Positions 1 to 10,100 of a stretch of DNA of 20,000 nucleotides are shown here, in pieces. Made by a program: the position numbers and the translations under genes. Origin of the DNA: an uncultured virus (IMG/VR IMGVR_UViG_3300038825_001395) (Duplodnaviria > Heunggongvirae > Uroviricota > Caudoviricetes); the IMG/VR virus record IMGVR_UViG_3300038825_001395, one strand, 5' to 3'. The notes beneath the pieces are model-generated. The model had not been told where the DNA came from. It ran no database searches and saw only the letters and a list, made by a program, of their open reading frames with translations. Each line of letters begins with the position of its first letter. Position 1 is the first letter of the stretch.

Positions 1-28
1 TACCATTTGCTATGTTGATTTTTGCCAT
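1..28 (-). CDS. 5' end of the next gene (MAKINIANG...), running off the window; likely virion structural protein
   Basis: ATG at 28-26 lies 2 nt after the stop of the 2309-aa gene and the frame is open to position 1. Only 9 codons are visible. Confidence 0.55.
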
Positions 29-30
29 AC

Positions 31-3000
31 TTACATTTTCCTAATCATACATTTTATTAAGTTGGAATCTCCATCGCAACTTTCTAATGCTTGAGCAATA
101 ACTTTTCCAAATAAATCCTTCTTCAATAAATATCCTCTTTTAACAGATTTACCATGTCCTATTTTATCCGAGGTTACAATGTAATCTCCGACATTTACTT
201 TACCGGTAACTAATACAGGTTCAGCACCTAATACTATTGGTTCATCTTTTCCTTTTTTAATTACACCCATAACAAGTTCATCTTCATTTTTATCACACGG
301 AACTAAACCATCTTCTTCCCAACTTACAATTGTTCCCGTTGGGTTGTCTCCAATCTTTTCTGTTCTTAATCCTGTCTCAAATACACCACCAGTTGTTGTT
401 TGAACAGCAAAAACATCTGAAAATCTTAAAGCTGCAGTTCCTAATGTTGCTTGATTATCAACACTTGGTCTTATTAAAGTTGTACTACTACCACCCAACT
501 GAATAAAGGTATTGTCAGGCACAACAATTTTATTTGAGTCTCTATTACCACCACCTCTAATCTCAACACTCTTAGTATCTTTAGCAGAAATATAAGTGTT
601 CCCATCAGATATTCCAGATATTATCATATAATCACTAGAACCCATAAATCCTGTTTTCATTCCAACATAACCTGCGAATGTTGTATCTCCAAGTTCAAGT
701 AATGATCCTGATCCTGCTCTCAAAGCACCAAACGAACCGGTTGAGGTTGCTGAACCACTTACATTACCTGTAACATTTACATCATCCTCTAATGAAATCA
801 CACCACCTTCATTAACAAGTCTTAAATTACTCCCATCATAGTAAATTTGAGCATCGGAATCGGCATCAGTAACTAATCCAGTTCCAAATACAAGTTTTGT
901 ATTGTCTTGAAATTTTAATTGATCTGCTGATTGATCCCAACTTATATATCTGCCAGCAGTATCTCCGTAAAATCTAACATCAACTCCGGTTCCACTTACA
1001 CCAAATGTTGTGTTTCCATCAATCTGAACAGTTCCGTCTATATCAACATTATCTAAATTTGTTGTTCCATTAACATCAATATCACCTTCCAAGTCTATAT
1101 CACCACCAAACGTCCCATTGGAATCAATTATCAACTCACCAAACGAACCAGTTGAGGTTGCTGAACCACTTATTGTAGAAGCAGTTAAAAACTCTACATT
1201 ACCTGAAGCATCTATTGACATATGAGTTGCATCACCTTCAATAAAATTTATAGAACCTCCACTTTGTCCACTTCCGATGTTTATATTATTTGAGCTATCT
1301 AATCCAATTACTCTTCTTTTTGTTCCTCCAGAATCTTTTCCTTCATAGTGTTGATTGTTGTCAATTAAAATTGGATTACCTACAACATGAAGTTTTCTTT
1401 CAGGAGCAGTTGTGCCGATGCCGACCTTATCACCATCAAATGACATTATAGTAGCATTAACACCTGACCTTGCATCATTTAACCGCCTAAAATTGAGTTT
1501 ATCCGCTACAGAAACAATATCAAACGCTTGACTATTAGAAGTTGCACCAGTATCTTGTAGCACTACTCTTCCTTGAGTTGAGCCTATTAATAAGATAGCC
1601 GAATCTGCACCAGTAATGTGTAGTGGATACGCTGGACTTGTTGTGCCGATGCCTAATTTATCAGCAATAAAACCATGACCAAACGAACCAGTTGAGGCCG
1701 CTGAACCACTAATGTTCCCACTCTGAACATTTAATCCAGTTCCATTTGGTATTACCACACCAGCAGAAGTATTTAAGTTTATATTAGCACCATAGTTATT
1801 ACCTAAAGTAATTACAGCACCAGTTGTTAATGAAAATAAAGTTCTTGAGTTAGTTATATCTTTAATTGTAAATACATCACCGTGTTCTGCTAATTCATAT
1901 TTTTCACGAACACGAACCGAACCAAACGAACCGGTTGAAGTTGATGAACCACTTATTATAGTTCCAGCAAATTTATGAATTGTTCCAGCTGGCTTACCAT
2001 ATTGTATTGAGTTATAAGAATTATCATAACCAACAGTTAATTCATCAGTACCAGGTTGTCTTCCTATAGATATAGCACCAAATAAATGAACCCTACCACC
2101 AAAGTAACCATAACCACTAGCACTAACCGTTCCTTCTACATTTATACTATCATATATACTTCCACTAATTATACCATCAACTGTTAAATTATCATTACCA
2201 GGATCAGATGTCCCACCGACATGAATTCCACCTAATGTAACTATACTAGAATTACTATTTAGTGATTTAAAAAATCTAATTTCATCACCTAAACCATATC
2301 GAAACATCTTTGTGCTTCCGGAATAAAAGTTCATACTATCAGTACTATTATCCCAAACAATTTTAGCAGCCTCTATTTCAGTTCTATGACCAAAGTATAT
2401 ACTACCACTATTATCGTTTTTACTTTGAATTCCAATGTGAGAACCACCATCTATATCAGAAACAAATAATCTTGTATCCGCAATAGGATCAGCCATTACG
2501 GTTGAATAATTATCCTCAAAAATATGAATTGGTGCTTTTGGATTTACAGTTCCTACACCTAATTTATTATCAATATATCCAGCACCAAACGAACCAGTTG
2601 AAACGGCTGAACCACTTATTGATGTTCCCACTAATCTTAAAAGTTCAGTTCCATTTGGTGTAAAAGATAAATAATTATTTGCACTACTTCCTAATATTTT
2701 TGTATTTGAATCACCAAACTCAAGAGCAACACCACTCCCCAATGTTACATTTCCACTACCATCTATAACAAAATGAGCATCACTTGCTCCGCCACTCCCC
2801 TCACCAATAAAAAATTCTGTTCCATCAAATCCACTAACATCACTATCGGTTAATCCAGCATACCATTTAGCAGAACCAGCAGTTAGGTATTTTACTTGAG
2901 ATAAATTACCAGTTGCACCTCTATCTAATTCAATATAAGCATGGTCACTTGAATCAACTTTTATAGCAGCACCAGCTCCGACAATATCTAACATTCTAAC

Positions 3001-6000
3001 TGGACTTGTTGTGCCTATGCCTAAATTATTAGCAATAAAGCCATGAGCAAACGAACCGGTTGAGGTTGATGAACCACTTACTTGTTGAATATTTTTTATA
3101 CTATTGACGGCATCAAAATCCATATCACCACCAATAATAACACCCCCACCAGAATCATTTTGTAGTCGTAAAGAACCAACACTTGTGTTAATACTATCTT
3201 GGTCAATAGTCATATAGTTAGAACTAAAACCGGATCTTTCTATTCTTATACCATCACCAGGACCACCAACACCACCAACTATATGAAGTGTTGTTGCTGG
3301 ATTTGTTGTTCTAATGCCTACTCTATCAGCAATATGAGCTTCAGCAAACGAACCGGTTGAGGATGCTGAACCACTTATTCGTGTTGTTGAAGCTCCAAAT
3401 TCTGCAGTATTACCGGTTAATGTAAAACCTGGTGCTGAACTAGCAGCAGCAGTGAATGCAAATCTGTTAAGAGCATGACTGTATTGTATCATCCCAATAT
3501 TGTTATCATCAGGATCACCAAAGAAAATACCACCTATTTTATTATTAGGTGTGAGTATTGAAATACCACCATCATTATCATTTTCAGCAACTATCTCATC
3601 TGCACTTGCATGAGCAACAACTGAACCAGCAGTTGCTGTATGGGAGTGAAGTGTTCCATCAGGAGTTGATGTGCCGATGCCTACTCTTCCTGTATTTCCT
3701 CTTATTACAAATTCTGTACCAGAAGCTATGTCAGCATTTCTTGATATAGAAAAGTTTTCAGCACTTGTTACTCCAGCATACCAATCTTCAGAAGCATTTT
3801 TAAAATGTACTGCTGCATTTGTTGTACCACTTCTTTCTATTCTAAAGTTATTTGCAGTTGATGATGAAAGATGTAATTGTACGGCAGGACTTGTTGTGCC
3901 GATGCCGACTTTTCCACCACTAGCAACTCTTAAAACTTCACCATCAATCTGATTTCCTAAAACAAAATGTTCTTCATTTACACTTCCACCAGCTATAAAT
4001 CCTAAGTAACCATCACCACCATTTTTTTCTAATCTAAAATGTATTAAATTATGTGGTTGAGTTGCACCAGTATTTGTATTTTCTAGTCTTAGCATAGCTT
4101 TACCATAAGCAGCAGTATCGTACTCATCAGATTCATTTTTAGCTATTGTTATTGGATAGTTAGTAGATGGAGTTGTCGTGCCGATGCCGACATTTCCCGA
4201 TGATAATACAGATATATTGGTAGTTGCTGCTTCAGCTGATGGACCAAAAGAGGATATACCCCCTTCAGCGACAACGTATGCCGAAGTATCATTATCCGCT
4301 ACCCGTAATTTTGCTCTGTTAGTTCTTGATTGTATCTTTAGTCCAACTTCACCACCACCCTCACTATTGAATATAGCAGTTTTAGTTAAACCAGATGTAG
4401 AAACACCTAATTGTAATCCAACTGTTGGATTTGTTGTGCCGATGCCTAAATTATCAGCAATATGAGCAGTACCGAACGAACCAGTTGATGTTGATGAACC
4501 ACTTATTGTATTTCCAAGAAACGTATGAGTATCGTCAGCACTATCTCCAAATATAGTTGAACCACTTAATGACTGATATTCTATAGAAGTGACTGATGAA
4601 GATACAATAAAGTTTTGAGCAGTTATGTTTCCTACTATATCTATGTTACCTGTTCCGGTAATATCATTACTATTAAGGTCTAAGTCACCGCCTAGTTGTG
4701 GTGTTGTATCTTCTACGACATTTGATATACCACTTCCACCACTTCCACCAGCAGCTAATGAGGCTGATGTAAAGTTTCCACCACCAACCATGAGATGACC
4801 GAATGAGCCGGTTGAGGTTGATGAGCCACTTACATTATTAAATGTTCCTAAAAAATTATGAATTACATCTGCGTCTTTTCCATATTTTATCTCTGTCCAA
4901 TAACTAGCTCCACCTAATAGTAAAGTAGTAGAGTTTGACGCTATAATATTAGAAGTTGCAGTTCCATCGTTTAATTGTGTAGTTCCTCCTAAAATAGTAA
5001 TACCATCAATTTCAAGATTACCTTGAACTTTATCAGCAACAACCAATGAACCAAACGAACCGGTTGATTGGGCTGAGCCACTTACCAATCCACCACTACT
5101 TCCAAGTAAAGTTAGTGTGTCTTGACGAACAGAAAGAGTATTATTACTACCAGTTCCAAAATGAATACCGGTAGCTTTTGTAGGATCATTTTCGTTATAA
5201 GGATTACCAGATGAACCTGAATTTATTAATATAGATACCCATTCGTAGATACCATCACCAATTCCATTTGGTCCAAAATCATTTCTTTTGTATAGTTGAT
5301 CAAAAAATCCATTGTAACCAGTAGTTAATTGTTTACCTACAAAGTGATTATTAGCAGTAGTAGGACCTATTGAATCAAAAAATGGATTAAAATTAGCATT
5401 TGAACCAGTTGTATATACATTTAAATGTTCATTTATTTTAGAACCAGCGGTTGTTAGACTATAGATAGTATTAGCACGAAAATCTGCTCGGTCATCTCTA
5501 GCATCTATTTCAAAACCAGCATTTTGACTTGAGTCTCCAGCAAACATTGAAGCAGTAGCAAATATATCAGTATTGACCACCCTTTCTGAAAATAAAGATG
5601 TTTGACCTATTTCATATCCACCGATAGTACCATCAGTAGCAGTTATTGAACCACTTAAAGTCATAGTGTTATTAGCAGGATCTAAATGAAAAAGAGAAGA
5701 ACTTATTTCTATGTTTCCACTACTAGCACTTATAAATTGACTTGTCTCACTTCCAATAAAAAATTTATTTGTTCGTATATCTAATTCACTTGGATTGGTT
5801 CTAAATCTAAAAAAACTTTCACTATTAGCAACCAATTCTAAACCAACTCCACCCAAAGAATAATCATCTGTTATATCATCTTTAACAGAACCGGAATACA
5901 TTAATATACCAGGACCCAATCCAAGAGAAGCACTTGTAAATCCTTTGTAATCTACGGTTGATAGTTCTGCTGATTTCTTACCCGAAAATGTAAATCCCTT

Positions 6001-6960
6001 TCCAACTTCTCTACCAACACTTAACGAACCGGTTAATAGGTTATCTGTTTTTTCTACAAAGAAAGGAGCAGAATCAAATGTTATAAATGATGATGTTACC
6101 TCAACTATCTCACCTTGTCTATCTTTATCTAGGTATTGTGCTAATTGTTTTGACGGACTTAAAAATCTTAATCTAAATTTTACAGGTGTGTTTCTTCTAA
6201 ATGTTTTTGGTGTCGGTATCTTTGTGGTATTTGTTATTGGGTTTAGACCAGAGGTAAGAGTTTGACTATCTGTTTCAAACGAACCACTTGTTAATGGATA
6301 TGATGTTATCACATCAAAATCATCTGTTTTAGATTTTTGTTCGTTGTATGCTAATTCTACAGATTCAATCTTTCCACCATTAGTTTCTAAATCAGAAAGA
6401 GTTACATTAATAAAACTTCTTTTATAAACTGTATCACTATCATCAAACTCAACCGTTTCACTTATACTTAAATTTGTTTGAATATCGGATGGCTTTGCTA
6501 ATACAAGTGGCGATGTATTTGGAAAATCTTTTCTTATATCATAGGTAAAAGAAGTTCTTACATTATATATTCCTTTCCAATCATTTGGTATTTCTTCACC
6601 ATCTAACTCACCCATTACATATAAGAAAGCAGGTCCGTCAGCAATCTCATCTGCTGTTCTTAATGGATCTTTCTTTATCCAAATAAATCCATTACCAGCG
6701 CCACTTAATTCTTCTATATCTATAAGGTTAGAAAATATTACAGTTCCACGAGAGTCAACAAACTCAAAAACAATATTGGATAAGTTTTTAAGAAGTGGTT
6801 CGTCTTCAGGATCATTAAAGGTTATAGAAAAAGGATGTTTTCCATAACTTAGGGTGCTGGGTAGACCAGTTATACTAAAGTATTTGGTATCGTTATCCTG
6901 TGTTTCAAGGAATACATCTTTCTTTTTGAGGTCTAGTACCTGACTAAATAGTTCTGCCAT
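31..6960 (-). CDS. Large tail fibre / receptor-binding virion structural protein (2309 aa), modular
   Basis: Gly/Ser/Thr-rich. Repeated (N/K/R)(V/L)GIGTTxP motifs and ten SGSxxSTGSF(G/A) motifs. TPQLGGDLDLN motif typical of marine phage virion proteins. C-terminal ..GDYIVTS..GHG..VIAQALE.. resembles tail-fibre/tailspike chaperone-like C-termini. Confidence 0.8.
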   Translation of the reverse strand: MAELFSQVLDLKKKDVFLETQDNDTKYFSITGLPSTLSYGKHPFSITFNDPEDEPLLKNLSNIVFEFVDSRGTVIFSNLIDIEELSGAGNGFIWIKKDPLRTADEIADGPAFLYVMGELDGEEIPNDWKGIYNVRTSFTYDIRKDFPNTSPLVLAKPSDIQTNLSISETVEFDDSDTVYKRSFINVTLSDLETNGGKIESVELAYNEQKSKTDDFDVITSYPLTSGSFETDSQTLTSGLNPITNTTKIPTPKTFRRNTPVKFRLRFLSPSKQLAQYLDKDRQGEIVEVTSSFITFDSAPFFVEKTDNLLTGSLSVGREVGKGFTFSGKKSAELSTVDYKGFTSASLGLGPGILMYSGSVKDDITDDYSLGGVGLELVANSESFFRFRTNPSELDIRTNKFFIGSETSQFISASSGNIEISSSLFHLDPANNTMTLSGSITATDGTIGGYEIGQTSLFSERVVNTDIFATASMFAGDSSQNAGFEIDARDDRADFRANTIYSLTTAGSKINEHLNVYTTGSNANFNPFFDSIGPTTANNHFVGKQLTTGYNGFFDQLYKRNDFGPNGIGDGIYEWVSILINSGSSGNPYNENDPTKATGIHFGTGSNNTLSVRQDTLTLLGSSGGLVSGSAQSTGSFGSLVVADKVQGNLEIDGITILGGTTQLNDGTATSNIIASNSTTLLLGGASYWTEIKYGKDADVIHNFLGTFNNVSGSSTSTGSFGHLMVGGGNFTSASLAAGGSGGSGISNVVEDTTPQLGGDLDLNSNDITGTGNIDIVGNITAQNFIVSSSVTSIEYQSLSGSTIFGDSADDTHTFLGNTISGSSTSTGSFGTAHIADNLGIGTTNPTVGLQLGVSTSGLTKTAIFNSEGGGEVGLKIQSRTNRAKLRVADNDTSAYVVAEGGISSFGPSAEAATTNISVLSSGNVGIGTTTPSTNYPITIAKNESDEYDTAAYGKAMLRLENTNTGATQPHNLIHFRLEKNGGDGYLGFIAGGSVNEEHFVLGNQIDGEVLRVASGGKVGIGTTSPAVQLHLSSSTANNFRIERSGTTNAAVHFKNASEDWYAGVTSAENFSISRNADIASGTEFVIRGNTGRVGIGTSTPDGTLHSHTATAGSVVAHASADEIVAENDNDGGISILTPNNKIGGIFFGDPDDNNIGMIQYSHALNRFAFTAAASSAPGFTLTGNTAEFGASTTRISGSASSTGSFAEAHIADRVGIRTTNPATTLHIVGGVGGPGDGIRIERSGFSSNYMTIDQDSINTSVGSLRLQNDSGGGVIIGGDMDFDAVNSIKNIQQVSGSSTSTGSFAHGFIANNLGIGTTSPVRMLDIVGAGAAIKVDSSDHAYIELDRGATGNLSQVKYLTAGSAKWYAGLTDSDVSGFDGTEFFIGEGSGGASDAHFVIDGSGNVTLGSGVALEFGDSNTKILGSSANNYLSFTPNGTELLRLVGTSISGSAVSTGSFGAGYIDNKLGVGTVNPKAPIHIFEDNYSTVMADPIADTRLFVSDIDGGSHIGIQSKNDNSGSIYFGHRTEIEAAKIVWDNSTDSMNFYSGSTKMFRYGLGDEIRFFKSLNSNSSIVTLGGIHVGGTSDPGNDNLTVDGIISGSIYDSINVEGTVSASGYGYFGGRVHLFGAISIGRQPGTDELTVGYDNSYNSIQYGKPAGTIHKFAGTIISGSSTSTGSFGSVRVREKYELAEHGDVFTIKDITNSRTLFSLTTGAVITLGNNYGANINLNTSAGVVIPNGTGLNVQSGNISGSAASTGSFGHGFIADKLGIGTTSPAYPLHITGADSAILLIGSTQGRVVLQDTGATSNSQAFDIVSVADKLNFRRLNDARSGVNATIMSFDGDKVGIGTTAPERKLHVVGNPILIDNNQHYEGKDSGGTKRRVIGLDSSNNINIGSGQSGGSINFIEGDATHMSIDASGNVEFLTASTISGSATSTGSFGELIIDSNGTFGGDIDLEGDIDVNGTTNLDNVDIDGTVQIDGNTTFGVSGTGVDVRFYGDTAGRYISWDQSADQLKFQDNTKLVFGTGLVTDADSDAQIYYDGSNLRLVNEGGVISLEDDVNVTGNVSGSATSTGSFGALRAGSGSLLELGDTTFAGYVGMKTGFMGSSDYMIISGISDGNTYISAKDTKSVEIRGGGNRDSNKIVVPDNTFIQLGGSSTTLIRPSVDNQATLGTAALRFSDVFAVQTTTGGVFETGLRTEKIGDNPTGTIVSWEEDGLVPCDKNEDELVMGVIKKGKDEPIVLGAEPVLVTGKVNVGDYIVTSDKIGHGKSVKRGYLLKKDLFGKVIAQALESCDGDSNLIKCMIRKM
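728..5083. repeat. Dispersed ~33-bp direct repeat, 10 copies (consensus ccaaacgaacc(g/a)gttgaggttg(c/a)tgaaccactt), encoding SGSxxSTGSF(G/A)
   Basis: Copies start at about 728, 1139, 1679, 1922, 2585, 3047, 3344, 4472, 4799 and 5051, all in frame within the tail fibre gene. Confidence 0.9.
1412..4446. repeat. Dispersed GTGCCGATGCC repeat (GGC-ATC-GGC-AC on the coding strand, G-I-G-T), 6 exact copies plus a 1-mismatch copy
   Basis: Exact copies at 1412, 1643, 3671, 3896, 4178 and 4436; variant at 3011. At about 1632-1710, 3000-3079, 3299-3376 and 4427-4504 this motif (or a degenerate copy) joins the 33-bp repeat to form ~80-bp similar blocks. Confidence 0.88.
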
Positions 6961-6967
6961 ATCAGTA

Positions 6968-6975
6968 ATAAATAT
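6968..6975 (-). promoter_or_regulatory. ATATTTAT motif 7 nt upstream of the tail fibre ATG; putative phage (late) promoter element
   Basis: Minus strand reads ATATTTAT-TACTGAT-ATG with no Shine-Dalgarno. The same motif and spacing occur at 15644-15651. Confidence 0.5.
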
Positions 6976-6996
6976 TTAATAAATAAGTTATCGTAT

Positions 6997-7004
6997 ATAT
7001 TTAT
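6997..7004 (+). promoter_or_regulatory. ATATTTAT motif upstream of the + strand RHH gene (divergent promoter region)
   Basis: ATATTTAT at 6997-7004, GGAG at 7018-7021, ATG at 7031. Confidence 0.4.
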
Positions 7005-7030
7005 AAGTATATTATATGGAGATTATCGGT

Positions 7031-7195
7031 ATGAAGAAGAAATGTTCTTTTACAATAGATGACCAGCTTATAGAATGGTTTAAGTTATATGCTAAGGAAG
7101 AAAGCACTACTATGAGTGCTGTATTAAATCAATATATTCTTAGTTTAAAACGAGGAACATCTAAACCTAAAAATGTTCTTTATACTAACCGTTAG
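7031..7195 (+). CDS. Small ribbon-helix-helix (CopG/Arc-like) DNA-binding protein, 54 aa; not in the ORF track
   Basis: MKKKCSFTIDDQLIEWFKLYAKEESTTMSAVLNQYILSLKRGTSKPKNVLYTNR*. Beta-strand (KCSFTID), helix, T-M-S turn and second helix match the RHH pattern. GGAG SD 9 nt upstream. It fills the 6961-7191 gap, and its TAG overlaps the SbcCD stop. Confidence 0.8.
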   Translation: MKKKCSFTIDDQLIEWFKLYAKEESTTMSAVLNQYILSLKRGTSKPKNVLYTNR

Positions 7196-10100
7196 TTATA
7201 TATAACCTTAGAAAAACCTTTATCATCTACATTTACAGGTAGTAAATAATCCATAAAGTCTTTGATTGTATCTAAGTGAGATATGATAAAAACAGAATCA
7301 AATCTTGTTTTTAGATAATCAAAAGCACCTTTCATATTTGATAAGTTGTCCGTATCAAGTGTTCCAAATCCTTCATCTATAACAAGAAAGTTAGGACTTG
7401 GAAGATTAGATACATTAATCAAACCAACTCGGAGAGCAAGAGAAGAAACAAACTTTTCCATACCAGATGATAAACTTAACGGCCATTCTTGGTCATCATA
7501 CTTTATGTATAGGTTTATACTTTTATCTTCACTTGTTATACCTAACTGAAAACCAGCCATCATATGGTCTAATACTGTATTAACTTCATTTTCTATTATT
7601 GGAAGAGCATCATTTATAATAAGTTGTGGTATCCCATCACGATTAACTAACCTTAAATAAATCTCATAATCCGAAACCTTTTGTTCTGCCTTTACCAAGT
7701 CTTTGATTTCTTCTCCAAGATTTTTTTGATTTGTTTGTTCTATTAAGATACTAGATTCTGTTATAGCTAAGTCTTTTTTGTTTTCATCTAATATATCACT
7801 TGCTATTCTTACTTGAGTTTCTAACTTATTTATTTTTTGTGTTAAGTTATAATTGTGAGCAATAGCAACTTCATTATCTAAAAATATTGCTTGTTCTTCG
7901 GTAATCTTTTTTAAGGTTGATTGTGTTTGTTCTACTAAAAGTTCTAGTTCTTTTACTTTAGCATGAGTTTTATAAGCATCACCTTCAACTCTTTTTAAAT
8001 CCTCAACCATACCGTCATATTTTTGTTTTGTCTTTACTATTGTTTCATCTAGCACAATACTATTTTGTTGTTCTATTAACAATTGATAACTTATTGTGGC
8101 ATCACCTAAATCTTTTACTGCTGATTCTTTATCTTTGATTTGATGATCTCCATTTCTTAAACAATCTTCACAATCTTTGTTGTAATGATACTTATCAAGT
8201 TCTGTTATTTGTTTTTCTAATAAGTCAATAGCCATTTCAACTCTTTCTATTTCTTTTTCTATATCAGAAAGATTGGTTTTTTGTTTAAGATATTCTTCAT
8301 GTTTTTTGTTTAGGTCATCTTCATCATATACTTTTATCTGGTCAAATATTTGATTGTAGAGTGGTCTAAGATTTTCTCTATATTCATTTTCGGAAGCAAG
8401 AGTTGATTGTTGTTCTTCTAATTTAGTTGTAGTTTCTTCTATTAGTTTATCAAAATCCAATTCTTTTACATCACCGACATCTTTTAGTTTTGAGTTTAAT
8501 TCTACTATCTCTTCTTTAAACTCTTTAATATCAGTTTCTATAGGCTTTATCTTTTGTTCTAACTCATCTTTCTTTTCACCTAAATCAACTAAGGTTTGTT
8601 CTAACTTACCCATTTTTTGAAATACATTTTTATCTTTGATTCTTTTTAGATATCCTTTTTCATCAGATACATCTTCACGAGCAATATCATAAAGTTTATC
8701 AAAAAGGTCAATACCCATAAATTGAGATAAAATCTTTTTTCTTTCTGCTTGTTTTTTATCAACAAAGTTTTGTCCGTTGTTTTGTAGAGAAAGTGATGTA
8801 AGAATAAAGTCATCAAATGTCCCTAAGATACTTTTTATTTCTTCATTAGTTCCACTTCCATATTGTGAATTACTACGAGCAGCTCCACTAAGGTCAATCA
8901 TCTCATCATTTTCTATAACATAAAACTTAACAGATACAGGACATAGTTTTCTTACTTCGCCTGTTTTGCGACTTGTTCTAACTTTTAGTTTACCAGTTCG
9001 GTGAATAATATAATCAACACCATTTACCTCTAAGGATAGTTTTACCTCAAAGTTTTTTGACTTGTTGTTTAAGACTTCTATAGCTTTAAATGTTCTACTA
9101 CAAGTATCAAATATGGTATAAGCAATAGCATCTATTAAAGCTGACTTACCACTATGGTTTGGAGCAACAACACCAACTACACCATTTAGTTTAGTAAAAT
9201 CAACTTTGTTATTTTTACCATAACTAAACATATTATCAAACTCAATATACTTTAATTTCCAATCTACATTTTTTGGTAGTTCATTTTTCATACCAATAGA
9301 TGAGTTTGTAAATTCATTAATATCAAATAATCTTTGTATAGTTTTATCATCTATGGCTGGGTTTTCTAATCTAGCCATTTTATCTATCAAATTATTTTGA
9401 ACTTTTAAATCATGAATATCTTCTATTGATATTTTTGTATTAGAATTATTCATTATGTTTTCAATAGAATCTAATTTTTCAAATGATATAGATTTAAGTT
9501 CTGAATAAGTTTTTCTTAAATCCATTTCTATCAAACGGAGTTTTTCAGCTGATGTTCCTTTATGTTTTATTTTTAAGTTACCATATCTAGGAACAAAGTT
9601 CATCTTACTTTTTATTTCATCATCTTCTACACGGATTGTTTTAAATCCATAATCATTTTCTACTTGAACAAACTCGGACTTTCTTTTTTCTACATCCCAT
9701 AAAAGAAATCCGTGATCTGGTGCTTCAGCAAAGTTTTGTTGTATTAGTGAACCTGGATACGCAATAGTTTCATCATTATTTAAAAATTGTCTTTTGTGTA
9801 TATCACCTAATAAAACTAAATCATAACCATCAAAGTCAATAACATTTACATGTTCATCACTCATAACTAAACCGGTATCAACTTGAAAGTTTCCAACACC
9901 ACCATGATAAATAGCAATCTTATGGTCACCATCTATGTCTTTTGCTCTTGGTATATTTTTAGCATTTGGTTTTCCATCTTTTGTAATATCAAATACAGAT
10001 AGATGACCGAATTGACAACCACCCATTTCATATACACCTGTTTTTTTCCAAAAATGTATTCTTGGATTTATCTGTTTTACTAAATCAACAATTGGAGAAA

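Noticed and set aside
3558..4465. + strand ORFs 3558..3749, 3671..3952 and 4178..4465
   Set aside because: They are antisense shadows of the tail fibre gene. Their repeated MPMPT starts are just the reverse complement of the GIGT repeat.
728..5083. 33-bp repeats as a CRISPR array
   Set aside because: Spacing is irregular (about 240-1130 bp), the copies are degenerate and in frame within a protein, and there are no cas genes.
31..6960. Diversity-generating retroelement or invertase shufflon acting on the tail fibre
   Set aside because: No reverse transcriptase, adenine-specific TR/VR pair, inverted cassettes or site-specific recombinase is visible in the window, and the repeats are all direct.
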